From Guillardia theta CCMP2712 (lineage: Eukaryota; Protista; Cryptophyta), in contig NW_005434628.1 in assembly GCF_000315625.1 (NCBI RefSeq), positions 514,362 through 578,361 on the forward strand: a stretch of DNA of 64,000 nt. The letters are read 5' to 3'. How positions within the stretch are numbered: the stretch's first letter is position 1; every line of letters begins with the position of its first letter. A program made the translations under genes and the position numbers. Below are positions 13,796-25,786 of this stretch, one piece after another. The notes under the pieces were generated by a model. The model saw only the letters and a program-made list of their open reading frames with translations. It was not told where the DNA came from and did not search any database.

Positions 13796-16043
13796 TCATA
13801 ATTCAGAGTCATAGTACTCCTCTCCCTCCACCCGCATCTCCTGTATCCTCAACAGCGCGCAAGCTCGACTGATCTTGTCGCTGCTACTCGTTGCTTTCCG
13901 TGAGCAGAGCTCCCTTAATTTGCACTCCCTGTCCCTGCAGCCTCCTGGAGCTTCTGATCTCTCCATGCTGCCCGTTTGCACCTCAACCTCCTCCTTTGTG
14001 ATCTTCATAGCTCCTCCTGTATTCTTCTTCTCTCGTGTGATTCCCTTCTCTCCTCCTTGCTTCAAACCCTGCTGCTGCTCTTGCGCCTTGGTGAAGTGAT
14101 CCTCCCCGCTCGACCCCTCTTGTTTGTGCTGTTCTTGAGATCGAGTCCTCCCGGCCGCGACGTCCTCGTCCCCAAACTCTCTCTGTGAAGTTTTCAACTG
14201 GTTGCTCCTCCTCTTTTTCGCATCAACTCGCGCTTCCTCTCTTCCAGGATCGTTCATGGGACGTTGCTGATGTGACGCCCCTGCCTCGTTCTTTCCACTG
14301 TCTTCCTTCTCCTCTTGCTTCCTCTCCTCCTGCCTGGTCCTCTCCTTGGGACCGTCGTCTTGCTCCTCCCTCTGCTCAACCTGTCCCTCCTCCTTGCTCC
14401 TCGCCCTCCCTTCCTTTTGCTGTTTGTTCTTGTCTTTCGGTGGGCTCGCCCCCTTGGTACCTTCTGTCTTCTGCACCTTTCCTTCCTCCTTCCTCCTTCC
14501 CTCCTCGCCCTCCGATCGCTCTCTGCCTCTGCCCTTGTCCTGGAGCTGCTGCGATGTTGACATCTCGGGTGAATCCTTCAGCTCTCGTGGGTCCTCCTTT
14601 CTTGTGTTGCTCGTCCCGCCCCTCTCCCTCCTCAGGGGCTCTAGTAGAATTCTGCTCACGTTGGCAGCCAAGTCCTTGGAGAGAGGCAGGAGGGAGGAGA
14701 GGGAGGAAAGGTCGGGCATCCCCTTGCTCCATTCCTTGGGCTTCCTCCTCCGGATCGTCTCGATTGAGATCTCCTTCTCGGATTCTCCTCCTCCTCTCCT
14801 CCTCTTCAGCTCCTGCTGGCGATCGCGCCATCCTCTATCCAGCTTCGCAGCCTTTCCCACGTACTTCATCCCCAAGCTCACATGCCCGGCGTCAAGGAGC
14901 GTGGTGCCGAGGTTGCCCAAGAACCTGGAGGTTGGTGAGATGGAGGCGGCAAGGCAACAGGACGGGCTCACTCTGCCTTGGGCTCCAGCATGGCCGCATG
15001 CGCGTACATGCTCGCTGCGTCCTCCCACCTGGAGAGCTGAGTGAAAGCGCTTCCTGCGTTGCTGTAGGCGCCCACGTAGGTCGGGTCGAGCTGGAGGGCC
15101 AGCCCGTACCAGAGGATGGCTCGATCCAAGCGCGGGGGGGAGGAGGTGTGCCAGTGCGCGGCGATGCTGTTGCAGGTCTCAGCAGAGGTGGGAAGCAGCT
15201 CTAGAGCCATAGACAGCGACGCGGCTGCCTCCTCCACGTGCCCCTGAGCTGAGAGAAGGTTGCCAAGAGCATGGTACGCCTGCAGAGAACGAGGCGGAAG
15301 AGAAGGTCAAGGATGATTATGGTGGTGGTGGTGAGGAGGAGGAGGAGGAGGAGGAGGAGGAGAAGGAGGAGGAGTAGGAGGAGAACAGACAAGGAGTGAG
15401 GGGCAGTGAAGAGAGGAGAGGAGCACGAGGGAGAGAGCAGGAGGAGGCAGAGCCGTCTTAGTGCAAGTTATCTTCATCACCTTGGCATAGTCCGGACGGA
15501 ATTTGACCGCATCAAAGAAGGAAGAAATGCTTGTCCTCAGACTCTCCTCCCTCCTCATCTTCCCGCTCTTCTCCTACATACCCGAGTCAAGACGTAGTGC
15601 TCCCTCCCTCCCTCCTTCCCTGATCAACCCGTCTCCTCCTCCTCCGCCACTACCTCCTCCTCCTCATCATCATCTTCTCTCACCATTGCTTGACTTGCAA
15701 TCCCCAGCCCGTAATGTGACTCAGCATGCGCTGGGTTGGCGGCGATGGCCTGCTGGTAGTGCAAGAGCGCGTCGGAGTGAAGAGATTGCTCCATCATCAG
15801 GGCGCCCATGTTGTTGTAGCCGTGAGCATAATCTAGACAAGACAGTGAGGAGAAGAATCATGTATCATGCTAACATGAGGAGATAGAAGCATGAGAGAAA
15901 CGGAGACACCGAGGCAAGAAGGATGAGGGTGTTACATTGAGGGGGCATTGATGGTGCATCATCGTCATCATCATCGCCATCATCATCTCCATCATCATCT
16001 CCATCATCATCTCCATCATCTCCATCATCATCTCCATCATCAT

Positions 16044-16074
<31 letters not shown>

Positions 16075-19000
16075 GTCATCATCATCATCATGTATTTCTT
16101 CTTCTCTTCCTCACCTGGTTTCACGATCGTTGCCTTCTTGTACATATCGAACGCTTCTTGGCGCATTCTATTCGCCTGGTATGAGTTGCCGAGAGAGTTG
16201 AGGATGATGGGGCTGTCTGGCTGCAGGGCCGCCGCCTGCTCAAACATCGACCGAGCCACATCTGCAGAAGGAAAGGGAAGAAAGAGGAGGCATCGAGAGG
16301 GGAAGCAAGGATGGGAAGAAAGGAAGAGAATGAAGGAGGGAGAGGAAGCAGGGAGAGAAGGAGGGAGAGGAGGAGAGAGTAGAGAGGGAGCAGGCAGGAA
16401 AGACAAGGGGGAGGAAAGAAGGATAAAAGCGTCACGCAAACAACTCGCAGCATCTTCACGTCTCTTGCCTGCATTGCCGGCTGCGTCATGGCAGAAACCG
16501 AGGTTGTAATACGCTTCTCCTAGTTGCGGCTGCACCTCCACCGCCCGCAGGTACAAGTCCATCGCCTCCTCCTGCCTCCCAGCCCGCAGCTCCATGCTCC
16601 CCAGGTTAGCAAGAGCCTGCATGACGTCAGGGACGAAGAGGAGCCAAGTCAGGGAGTCAGACAGCGATGGTCCGGAGGAAGAGGGCGAAGGGTGGGTGGG
16701 TGGGAGGGAGGGCAAGAGTGGGCGTCACCTGGTAGTAGGAGGGATGGATGGAGATGGCAAGCTGGTAGTGCCTCCTCGCCTGCTCGACGCTGCCCATGGC
16801 GGAGAGATCGTGCGCAAGGTTGTACCTGACCTTGGCGCTGCGAGGACAGACTTTCACTGCGCTGAGGAAGAGCGAGGACGAGTTCTTCCACTCCCCGTTC
16901 CTCCTCCACGTCAGCGTCAGGTACCCCACGAGTAGCGCGAGCATCGCGACCGGCTGCATCGCTCGGGCAGTGAAGCGAAGAAAGAGGCGGAAGAGGCCGA
17001 CGCGGCGGAGCTTCTTGTCATGGGAGAGGGCAGGAGCAGAGCAGAGAAAGGAGGAGGCGAGCGCGCAGAAAGCGACGCTGGGGAGATAGAGGAGCCGCTC
17101 TGCAACTAGAGTGCCGACGGGGATGACGTGGGAGGCGGGCAGGAAAGTGATGATGACCCACAGGAGCAGACAGACGATCTTGGTCGCCCTCCTCCAGTCC
17201 TTGGACGAGTCGTTGCCATCGGTGAGGAGGGAGTAGAGAGGAGAGAGGTGGAGAGTGAGGAGGAGGAAGAGGACGAAGTACAAGGCGATGGGAAGAAACA
17301 TTCTCACGTCCTCGATCTTGTTCACCTGCACCGGCTCTTGTCAACATCTGCTCCCATTTCTCCCCCTCCATGTCGACCTACAAATCCTCGTCCACTCTTC
17401 AATCAAAACTTTCCACCACCACCTCCTCCTCCTCCACCACTACCTCCACCACATCCACCACATCCACCACCACTACCACCTCATCCTCCTCCTTTGCATT
17501 CTCTTACTCCGCCCCCTCTTCTCCTTCTCCTTCTTCTTCTCCTCTCTCATCACCATCGGGATACAGTCGTAAGAGTAGTCCGCACTGAGTCCTCGCCAAG
17601 GCCATAGGAGAAGAGTAGCATAGACACTGTGAACCTACCAGGAAATTTACTTTCTCCTCCTTTCCCCTCCCCTCCCCTCTTCCTTCTTCCTCCTCTTCCT
17701 CCTCAACCTCTCCACCCCTCTTCTCTTCCTCCCTCCTCCCTCCCCCAGCATCATCCGCACCCGTCCTGCTCCATCCCGCTCGCTGTTTCTCACCAGTGCG
17801 ATGCTCGAGTACCTCGCCCGGGGGTCGGAGATGGAGGGGATCGGGTTGTCGAGGTGAGAGAAGGACGGGAGGTATTTCTCTCCTGTGAGCAACTTGCGGA
17901 GGAGGAGGAGGAGGAGTATCAGGGCTCCTCCAACCAGCACCCTCACCAGCGTCCACGCCTGATACTCCAACAGCTTCTCCTTCACCCTCTGGACCTCGTT
18001 GCCATCCAGACAGCACGGAAACCACGGCTTACTGACCACAGACTTGAACTTGACTGACCTCCCTCCTCCCCTGCCCTCCCACGATGAGTTTTGACTGCAA
18101 GGGGCGAGCAAACTTTAGCCAGAACTCACGCAGCAGGGATCAAGTCTTGCAAGTCGTCCTCTTCCTCGCTCTCCTCCCACACGTCTCCATCACTCTCCTC
18201 GCCACATGACGAGCTCTCATCCCGGCTCTCAGCTTCATCGCTCCATGAGCATCGGCGGAAGATCCCCTGCAGGTTCACAAGTTCACTTCCTCCTCTTACA
18301 ACCCCAGCTCATCCTCACCTGGTATGCCAGCACAGACATCAAGTCCTGCACCAAGAGGTATCCCAACACCGTGATGCCTGCGAGGCAAATCCCTCACAGC
18401 CCGTCAACCAGCACTCGTTCTCACCAGTCTCCTTGCACAGGAACGACAAGATCGCCAGGGCCGATCCAACCAGCAAGCAGCGGACATGGCGGGAGGAGGA
18501 AGAAGGATGAGCTAAGAGGACATGCGCTTCGTCCTCGCAGACGTTCCATGCCGGAGGAGCCTCCTTTGTGAAGGCAAGCAAGGACAACAATCCGAGCAGG
18601 GCACTCAGGGTCTGCTGTAATGGTCATGCTCCATGCCGCTCAAGCACACAACACAGACGTCAGCTCGTCCTACGATGGAGCTCACGGCCTCGCAGTGGAC
18701 CTGCCATCCTGCTCTCAGGCCCGCGACCTTCACAGTCTCTCCCTTACAGGATGCAAGGCAAACAGCAAAGCAGCACAAAAGGCCGCGACGGGACCCAGAA
18801 ACCTGATAAAGAAAGTTGTGTTATGACATGTCATGTCATGAAATGATGTTTCGTCATTCGAGATGGCCAATGGAGCAAGACATTGACGACTTCACCTCTG
18901 GTAGACGAGGCAGGAGACAGCAGAGACGAGGGAATGGAACACAACGTTGAGCACGTGGTAACCGAAGGGATCCAGCCCTGCCTCGCGAGTCATGGCAGGC

Positions 19001-19585
19001 GAGGCTGCAGCAACAGATCACCATGCACGATATGATTGAGACGAAACGTGAGGATTGTGAGAGGACGATACGACTTATGAGATCTTCGCAATCAGTCAGA
19101 ATCTTCCTCCTCTCTCCCCTCCTCTCCCCCCCCCCTCCCCCTTCCTCCTCCCCCCCACCGTCCAACAACAGAAATCTAATCCTTCTAAACCAGAAGGACC
19201 TTCTCCCTCCCTCTCTCGATGATCAAAGGCCTCACTCGTTCGAGGCTATCGGATCCCCCCAGTAGTCATCGAAGAACATCTCGTAAATATGCTTCTTCCC
19301 CAACACATCCCTGACACCTTCGTCAGCCTATTGACCTTCAACAAGAACAGGTTACGGGTTTCTCTGCACGGCATGGACATCGTCGAAGACCATGTCTCCA
19401 TGCAGGGAATTCATGTACGCGAGCCCCCCTGAGGAAATGACACAATCTCGTCATGCCATGTTGCTTTATGGCTTGCGATCAAACATATTCATCTCTTTGA
19501 CTTGAACATGTCTTTGTCTTCCGACCATGTAGATTACCCTCATCAACATCCTACACCTTCCTGGTCTGCTTCCCTCACCTGTCAT
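13796..19585 (-). CDS. TMTC: TMTC-family protein O-mannosyltransferase with TPR repeats and a long charged C-terminal tail (multi-exon)
   Basis: Motifs in order: YMNSLHGDMVFDDVHAVQRNP, DDYWG, SHKSYRPLTILTFRLN, HCEAVSSIVGRAD, LCKETG, FSHLDNP (DUF1736), LSADYSYDCIP, FLPASH..VGTLVAERLLYLPS, RRNGEWKN..LF.SAVKVCPRSAKVRYNLA, then several TPRs. Confidence 0.92.
15950..16092. repeat. (CAT)n/(CATCATCATCTC)n microsatellite in a TMTC intron
   Basis: Direct inspection; it is the source of the poly-His and poly-Met ORFs. Confidence 0.9.
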
Positions 19586-19954
19586 CGCCGCCAGCGTCGC
19601 TGCAATGGTTACGGTGGAGCAGCATTGCATGTCGGGCCCAACAGGCAGAGGCGGGCTCAACTCAAAGTTTAGTTGGCATACCCGGCGCCATAAGTAGCTG
19701 GATGGCCCCCGGCCCGCCTCAGCCCTGGTGAAACTTGATACTGGCCAGAGATCAAATGAGGGGTCACTAAAGAAACCACAAGACAAGCCTTGCTGGCATG
19801 CCCTCTCCTGCTGCTCCCTCTCTCCTTGACTCTTTATATCATGCAGGCGGTGGGACGATACACATAGTCGCACAGTCACGTAATTGGCAAAGATCTCAAG
19901 GATTATCCAAAGGGCAACAAATAAATTGCAATATCTTCAACGTTATGAAGTCAC

Positions 19955-20720
19955 TCATGGTCTTTTAATTGGGCATTCATATGCAAACGAGCCCTCTTCC
20001 TCGCCCTCTTCCTCGCCCTCTTCCTCGCCCTCCTCGAGCTCTCCCTCAATATACCACCGTAGCCACTCCTCCTCGATTGCATACTCCCACTCATCCCTCG
20101 TATCTTCCCGTCTCTCTCCCAGCTCCGCATGCTCCGGACACGTCTCATACGCTTGATCTGCCGCGTGATCGGTCGGGCGAGGCTCCATCACCTTCTGCTG
20201 GTCGGCGAGAGCCTTTGCTCGGCTCTGCCTCGGGGCCTTTTTCCTCGAGTATGGCCACCGCCCGAGCCCGAGCGCCTTGCAAGCGTTCTTGAGGGCAGAG
20301 AGAGAGATGCCCTGGGAGGGACGCAAACAATCAGCCGCCCGTCGTCATCGGAGCAGGGACAAGGAGAAAGAGCGAGGAGCACAGTAGGAAGAGAGTGGGC
20401 ACGGGAGACCTCACCAGGTGACGAGCAGCGTCGGTTTGCGTCAGGTGCGTGAGCCTGAGGGAGTGAAGGAGCTCTGAGGTGATACGGCAGAAGGGTTGCG
20501 ATCGATCAGATTGGGAGGGGGAAGACTTGCGAGGGTAGACAATGCGAATGGTCTGAGGAGGCTTGAAGATAGGAGTCATTGGAAGAGGAGTAGAGGAGGG
20601 AGGGAAGGAGGAGGGAGAGGAGGGAGTGAGGGAGGAGGGAGAGGAGGGAGTGAGGGAGGAGGGAGAAAGGGAGGAGGAAGAGAGGGAGGAGGAAGAGAGG
20701 GAGGAGGCAGGAGAGGGCAT
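19955..20720 (-). CDS. RWP-RK domain transcription factor (2 exons: 20720-20415, 20311-19955)
   Basis: Splicing gives ITSELLHSLRLTHLTQTDAARHL|GISLSALKNACKALGLGRWPYSR, the RWP-RK consensus, with a Ser/Pro-rich N-terminus and an acidic C-terminus. Confidence 0.88.
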
Positions 20721-21195
20721 GGCAGCGATGGGAGAGAATCGATGCGGAGTGGCGATCCGAACAGAATCCGTGTACTAAAAATCTCGTGTGGGGAGATTGT
20801 GACCGAACCCCGTCAAAAGTTTCTTATTCGTATCTCAATTCCGGCCCCCTCCGCTCTCTTCAACTCCCTCCACGTGCCTTGCTCGAGGCGTTTCGATTTC
20901 GCGTCGTTCAGCCGCATATCCTCTCAGCAAAGTCAACAGCAACTTGAGTCAAGATCCCAACGGCTTCGTTATCCCCCTATCGACGGTCACCGACTCTCAG
21001 GGAACCGTTGAACGGTCGATAACCGTTTAACGGTCGCCGGGCCCGGGGCCGGCCCGAGGGGTCCGACGGTCAGCCTGCCAGTGTGACGGTTTCATAAAGT
21101 CAAAACTGACCTCCAAGTTTGACATGTTTTTTTACTACCCTACCCTACTCCAGTTCAATGCCTTTTCCGGTCGAAAGCACCCCTTCTCGCACACA

Positions 21196-24100
21196 ATGGC
21201 GGTGGAAGCGAGGATGATGCGGCGGGCGATCCGCATCTGGGGGGAGAGCGGGAAGTGGATGAAGTGGGCGAGGACGATGGAGGGGCTAATGCGCTCGAGG
21301 AGGGAAAGATCCACCTTGTCCTGGGGGCTCCGGGTATGGGGAAAACGGCTGAGACTGGCGGTACGAAGCAGCTTTCATCTGCGATCTCATCGTCTTCGTT
21401 TGCTGGGTAGAACGCTGAACAGTCTGCGCAATCATGCCATAGAGCAGGCAAGGTCAAGCCATGCAGCTCGATTGAACAGCTCGAGGAAGTCTCAGGAGCA
21501 AGTGCAGCAAAGTCTGCAGGAGATGGAATACGTAAAGGCAGAAAACGACATCCTTAAAGCGAAAATGAAGTCTCAAAGCACAGAGTGCCAAGCGTTGGAA
21601 ACCAACGTGACGAGTTTGAAGAAGCAAGTCATGCAGCTGAATCTCAAGACTTTGAGCACGAAAGAAAAACTTTCGAGTATGAGCAAAGACATCAAACGAG
21701 CACGGAGAACTTTTGGCTTAGATATGAACCGTTTGATTGGCGAGAGCATTGAAACCATTGACGTTTCCCTGGAGATTGTCAGTGTGCAGAGCACTCAAAG
21801 TAAGATGTTGAACGATCGATATCTCTCTCTACTCCAGAGTGTTGAGAGCCAGTATGATATCGTTGAGGAGATGTGGAAAAGACTTGTACTAGTTACCCCG
21901 AAGTTGGGTCTATCGCAGCCGTCTGCCGTTCCCGTCTCAGATACAATGGAAGACAAGACGAGCAGGTTGAAGGAGGTGCGAGACATGACCTATGATAGCA
22001 TTGAGATGCTCGAGTCTCTGACAAGCAAGAATAAGCATCTACAGCAAATGGTTTCGGGGAACGAGGAAGTGTTTGCTTCCATGCAGGCGCACATAGACGA
22101 TCTGAAGAATCAGATCAAGTTCATCGAGTCCGAGCGAGAGACCCTTGCAGGGAGAGAGGAGTGGAGGTCGCGCCATGAGGAGGAGGACGAAATGAGACGG
22201 TGTGCACTGGAAAGGCAAGTGAACGACTCAACGACGAAGTTGCGGTGCATCATGACTGAGAACGACGAGCTGAAGAGACTGATAGCTGACATGAAAAATC
22301 GGCAAGACCTCCATGAGAGAAATTGCGAGGAAATGGCTGAGATTGTGAAGAGGAAGCTGCAACATGCGCACGAGATGGAGAAGGAGAGGATTGAGCACGC
22401 GCACCGAGCAAGTCTCGGGGAGAAAGACAAAGTCATCATGGCGTTGCGAGAGAAGCTGCTGATTGCAGAGACATCGTTGAGATGCTCGACCCATGATCCC
22501 CGGGTTTGTACAATTTCTCACCTCTTATCCCGTCCATCCTCACCAGAGTTTTCTTGAGCAGGTGATGGAGGAAAGCGAGAGCGGCGATGAAAATGGAGAG
22601 TTCGACCAAGAGGGCTCGAAACAAGGAGAGGAGGAGGAGCAGGAGTTGGCCATGGGTGGTCAAGCTCATATTGGTCTGGAGATCGCGGACAGCAGGACAA
22701 TGCCAGGGAACGCGTACGTGCTGAGAGTGGTGGACTTGATGGACAGAGAGGGGAGGAGGCAGGGGAGCGAAGGGTATGACAACGAGGAAGTCAAAGTCAA
22801 CGACGAGCTGCTAGAGGTCGATGACATTCAAGTCCGAAACCTTTCGGCCCGGCAAGTCCGCGAGACTCTTTGCGGGGACTCAAACACCCTTGTCAAGTTG
22901 CGACTAAGACGTCCAGCTGAATCGTTGGAGTTCTCAGTGCTGGTCAAAAGACACGTCGGAGGCTCTCTTCTGCAAGGCTCTTGCCGCGAAGGCTCTGGAG
23001 CCTTGAAGCTGCGTCTGCTGGCGGCAGAGCTGGAGGGGGAGAAGAAGAAGCACAAGAGGACTCAAGGGGAGCTGAGGGAGCTGAAGGCGGACTATCAGAG
23101 CGCCTCCTCCTCCTACCAGCAGCTGCTTCAGACCATCGAGAGGAAATTCAATGTCTCCTCCCTTCTCCTCCCTGAACAGCCGTCCTCTCCTCGTCCCTCC
23201 TCCTCCTCCTCCTCCTCCTCCTCCTCCCAGCCCTCGCGCAGTGTCATCGTAAGGAAGATGGAGGAGGTCAAGCAGACTCTGTCATCCCTGCCGCAGTCTC
23301 TCGATCTGGTGAACCTCAGCTGGACCAAGAGCGAGCTCAGCGCGTGCCAGGAGCGGCTCACAGCCATTCTCGGCGACTACAAGAAGCACAAGGAGGAGGC
23401 CCAGGCAGAGACGAGGAGGCTGACGGCGAAGCTCGCCAAGAGTGAGGAGGAGAGGGAGGAGGCGAGGAGCTCGCTGAACAAGGCCTGGAGCAGTCTTGAA
23501 GTCCTGGAAAGGAAGCACACGGAGCTGGGGAAGGAGCACGCGAAATGTCTGCGTGAGAGGAAGGAAGCGACCGAGGAGGTGGAAAGTCTGCGGCAGGAGT
23601 CCGCGAGACTGGAAGAGGAGGTGGAGAAGTGGAGGGCGAGGACGATGAGTCTGATGGAGGACAAGGAGGGCAGACTGGAGCAGACAGAGAGGCTGAAGCA
23701 GCAACGAGATGAGGCGCAACGAAGTTTGAGATTCTCCTTCCTCAAGATCGACAAGTGTCAGGAGTTTGTCGTCAAGGAGCGAGAGCGATGGCTGCTCATG
23801 AGCGTCTTCGAGGAGTTCTGGCTCAAGACTTGCTCTCCTCTCGAGAAGTTTGTCGCTCGTTCCGCCGCCAACAACTCGAGGCTGCAGCGAGAACTTCTCG
23901 TCCTCTCCGACCGACGCAAGTCAGCCGAGGAGGAGGCCCTCAGGCTCCAAGAGCAGGTCGTCGCCCTCCAGCACGAGCAGGTGACTTGTCAGCTGTCCAG
24001 GAGAGAAACTTGCGTGTTTCTTCAGGGCCTCTGCATCCAACTCGCTGCTCTCAAGCAGCTCCCCCTCCTCCTCCTCGAGCTTCTTGCATCTCTCTGCGCT

Positions 24101-25092
24101 GATGTCGCAAGGCTAGTCGAAGCGGAGGAGGAAGAGAGAATCAAAAGGCAGGCAGGAAATAGAGGAGGAGGAGGAGGAGGAGGAGGAGGAGGAGGAGGAG
24201 GAGGAGGAGGAGGAGGAGATCTGCTGCAAGGACTATCGCAGGCAGAGGGCAAGGTCAGCAAGCTCCTTGCAACAGTCTCGGTCCTGCAGTACGAGTGGAG
24301 GATGCAGCATGAGCGATGGAGCAGCACCAGCCGGCAGTTTGCTGAGGATGTGCAAAGAGACGTTGCTGCTTGTTGCGCGAGTGTGCGCGATCTAGCGGAG
24401 GAGGCGGCGAAGAGAAGACGGAGAGAGGAGGAGGCGGCGGAGGCGATGAGGAGGATGCAGGAGCATCTGGAAGTCTCCGAGCTTCGCTTGTCGTCCTCAC
24501 AAGATCGCTTGTCCTGCCTCTCTGAGAGCCTCGAGCACTACAAGAAGTTGTTCGCGCACTCCAAGCTTGAGCTCCAGCATAGCAGTCAGGACATTCAGAC
24601 CCTCCGCTCCTCCATTGCTGAACTGCGCGAGGAGGAGAAGGTTTCCTCGCGCGTGAAGGAAGAGCAGAGCAGGGAGCTTCTCGTCTTGCGCGGGTCAAAC
24701 GCCTCTGTCCTTGCCCGGTATCAGGCGATCAAGCAGGAGGTTGAGAGGAGCCTTCGCTCCATGCTGCCCCTCTTGTTCGACAGTCTGCAAGACATACAGG
24801 GGACACGGCAGGAGACGAGTCGTGAAGAGGAGGAGGAAGAGGAGAAGACTCGCTATGTCACTCAGGGTTGTCTTGATCAAACTGACAGCATCCTCGTCCT
24901 CCTGGAGAATGTGCGAGGGATTGGGCTTGTGTTGCATCAGGTACGTTTCTCCTCTCTCCTGTTCCCTCTCCCTTCCTCTTTCTGCACCTTTCCTCCTCCT
25001 CCTCCTCCTCCTCCTCCTCCTTTTCCCATCATCATCATCATCATCATCTCCATCATCTCCATCATCATCATCTCCATCATCATCATCATCAT

Positions 25093-25138
<46 letters not shown>

Positions 25139-25549
25139 TCCATCATCATCATCTCCATCATCATCATCACCACCACCACCTCCTCCTCCACCACCACCAC
25201 CAACACCGCCATCATCTTTATCTTCTCATTCTCATTTCCAGAGCATTATCTTGCTGTCTTTATCCCTCCGATCGTGACCATATGACAGGAGAACTCAAAG
25301 CTCAAGCACAGCAATGACAAACTCACGGCGCACAACAGGTTCACTTCCTCCTCTCCCTCTTCGTCTTCGTTGTCTTTCTTCAGTCCATCTCTCTTCCTCT
25401 CGTCACGCGACGTCCCAATTCAGTCGTCCTAATGCTGCAGCAGGAAGCTCAGGAGTGTTGTGGATGCTGTTGGCAACGTGGGGAGAAGCTACGGTGACAA
25501 ACTCAGCTCACAGATCCCGCGGGTCGAAGGAGCAGGAGAGGACAAGTGA
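21196..25549 (+). CDS. Large coiled-coil protein with a central PDZ domain and a Trp/Arg-rich N-terminus (multi-exon)
   Basis: ORFs 21124-22557 and 22493-25285 are joined by an intron at about 22504-22546. PDZ: HIGLEI...VKVNDELLEVDDIQVRNLSARQVRETLCGDSNTLVKLRLRR. Long heptad-rich stretches. Last exon ends ...VEGAGEDK* at 25549. Confidence 0.75.
24990..25215. repeat. (CCT)n + (CAT)n + (CAC)n compound microsatellite in an intron
   Basis: Direct inspection; lies after the GTACGT donor at 24941. Confidence 0.9.
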
Positions 25550-25786
25550 GGGGAGGAGGAGGGAGGAGGAGGAGGAGGAGGAGGAGGAGGAGGAGGAGGA
25601 GGAAGGAGAACTTTCAAAGGTTTAATCAAATAAAATGTATATGAAGATGTGCGCGTATGCACTCGGCAAGTCTCCTCCTCCTTCGCCGCTAGTGCTCTTT
25701 CCCCCCCCACACGATATTCTGCGCTTCGATGTCGTCGGATCGCATCACGTACTTGGGTCCACCACCTTCTAGGAGAGGGCGTGAGG

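Noticed and set aside
15870-16184. Poly-Met and poly-His proteins
   Set aside because: Translations of an intronic (CAT)n microsatellite; the same applies to 24937-25285 and the poly-Leu ORF at 28094-28504.
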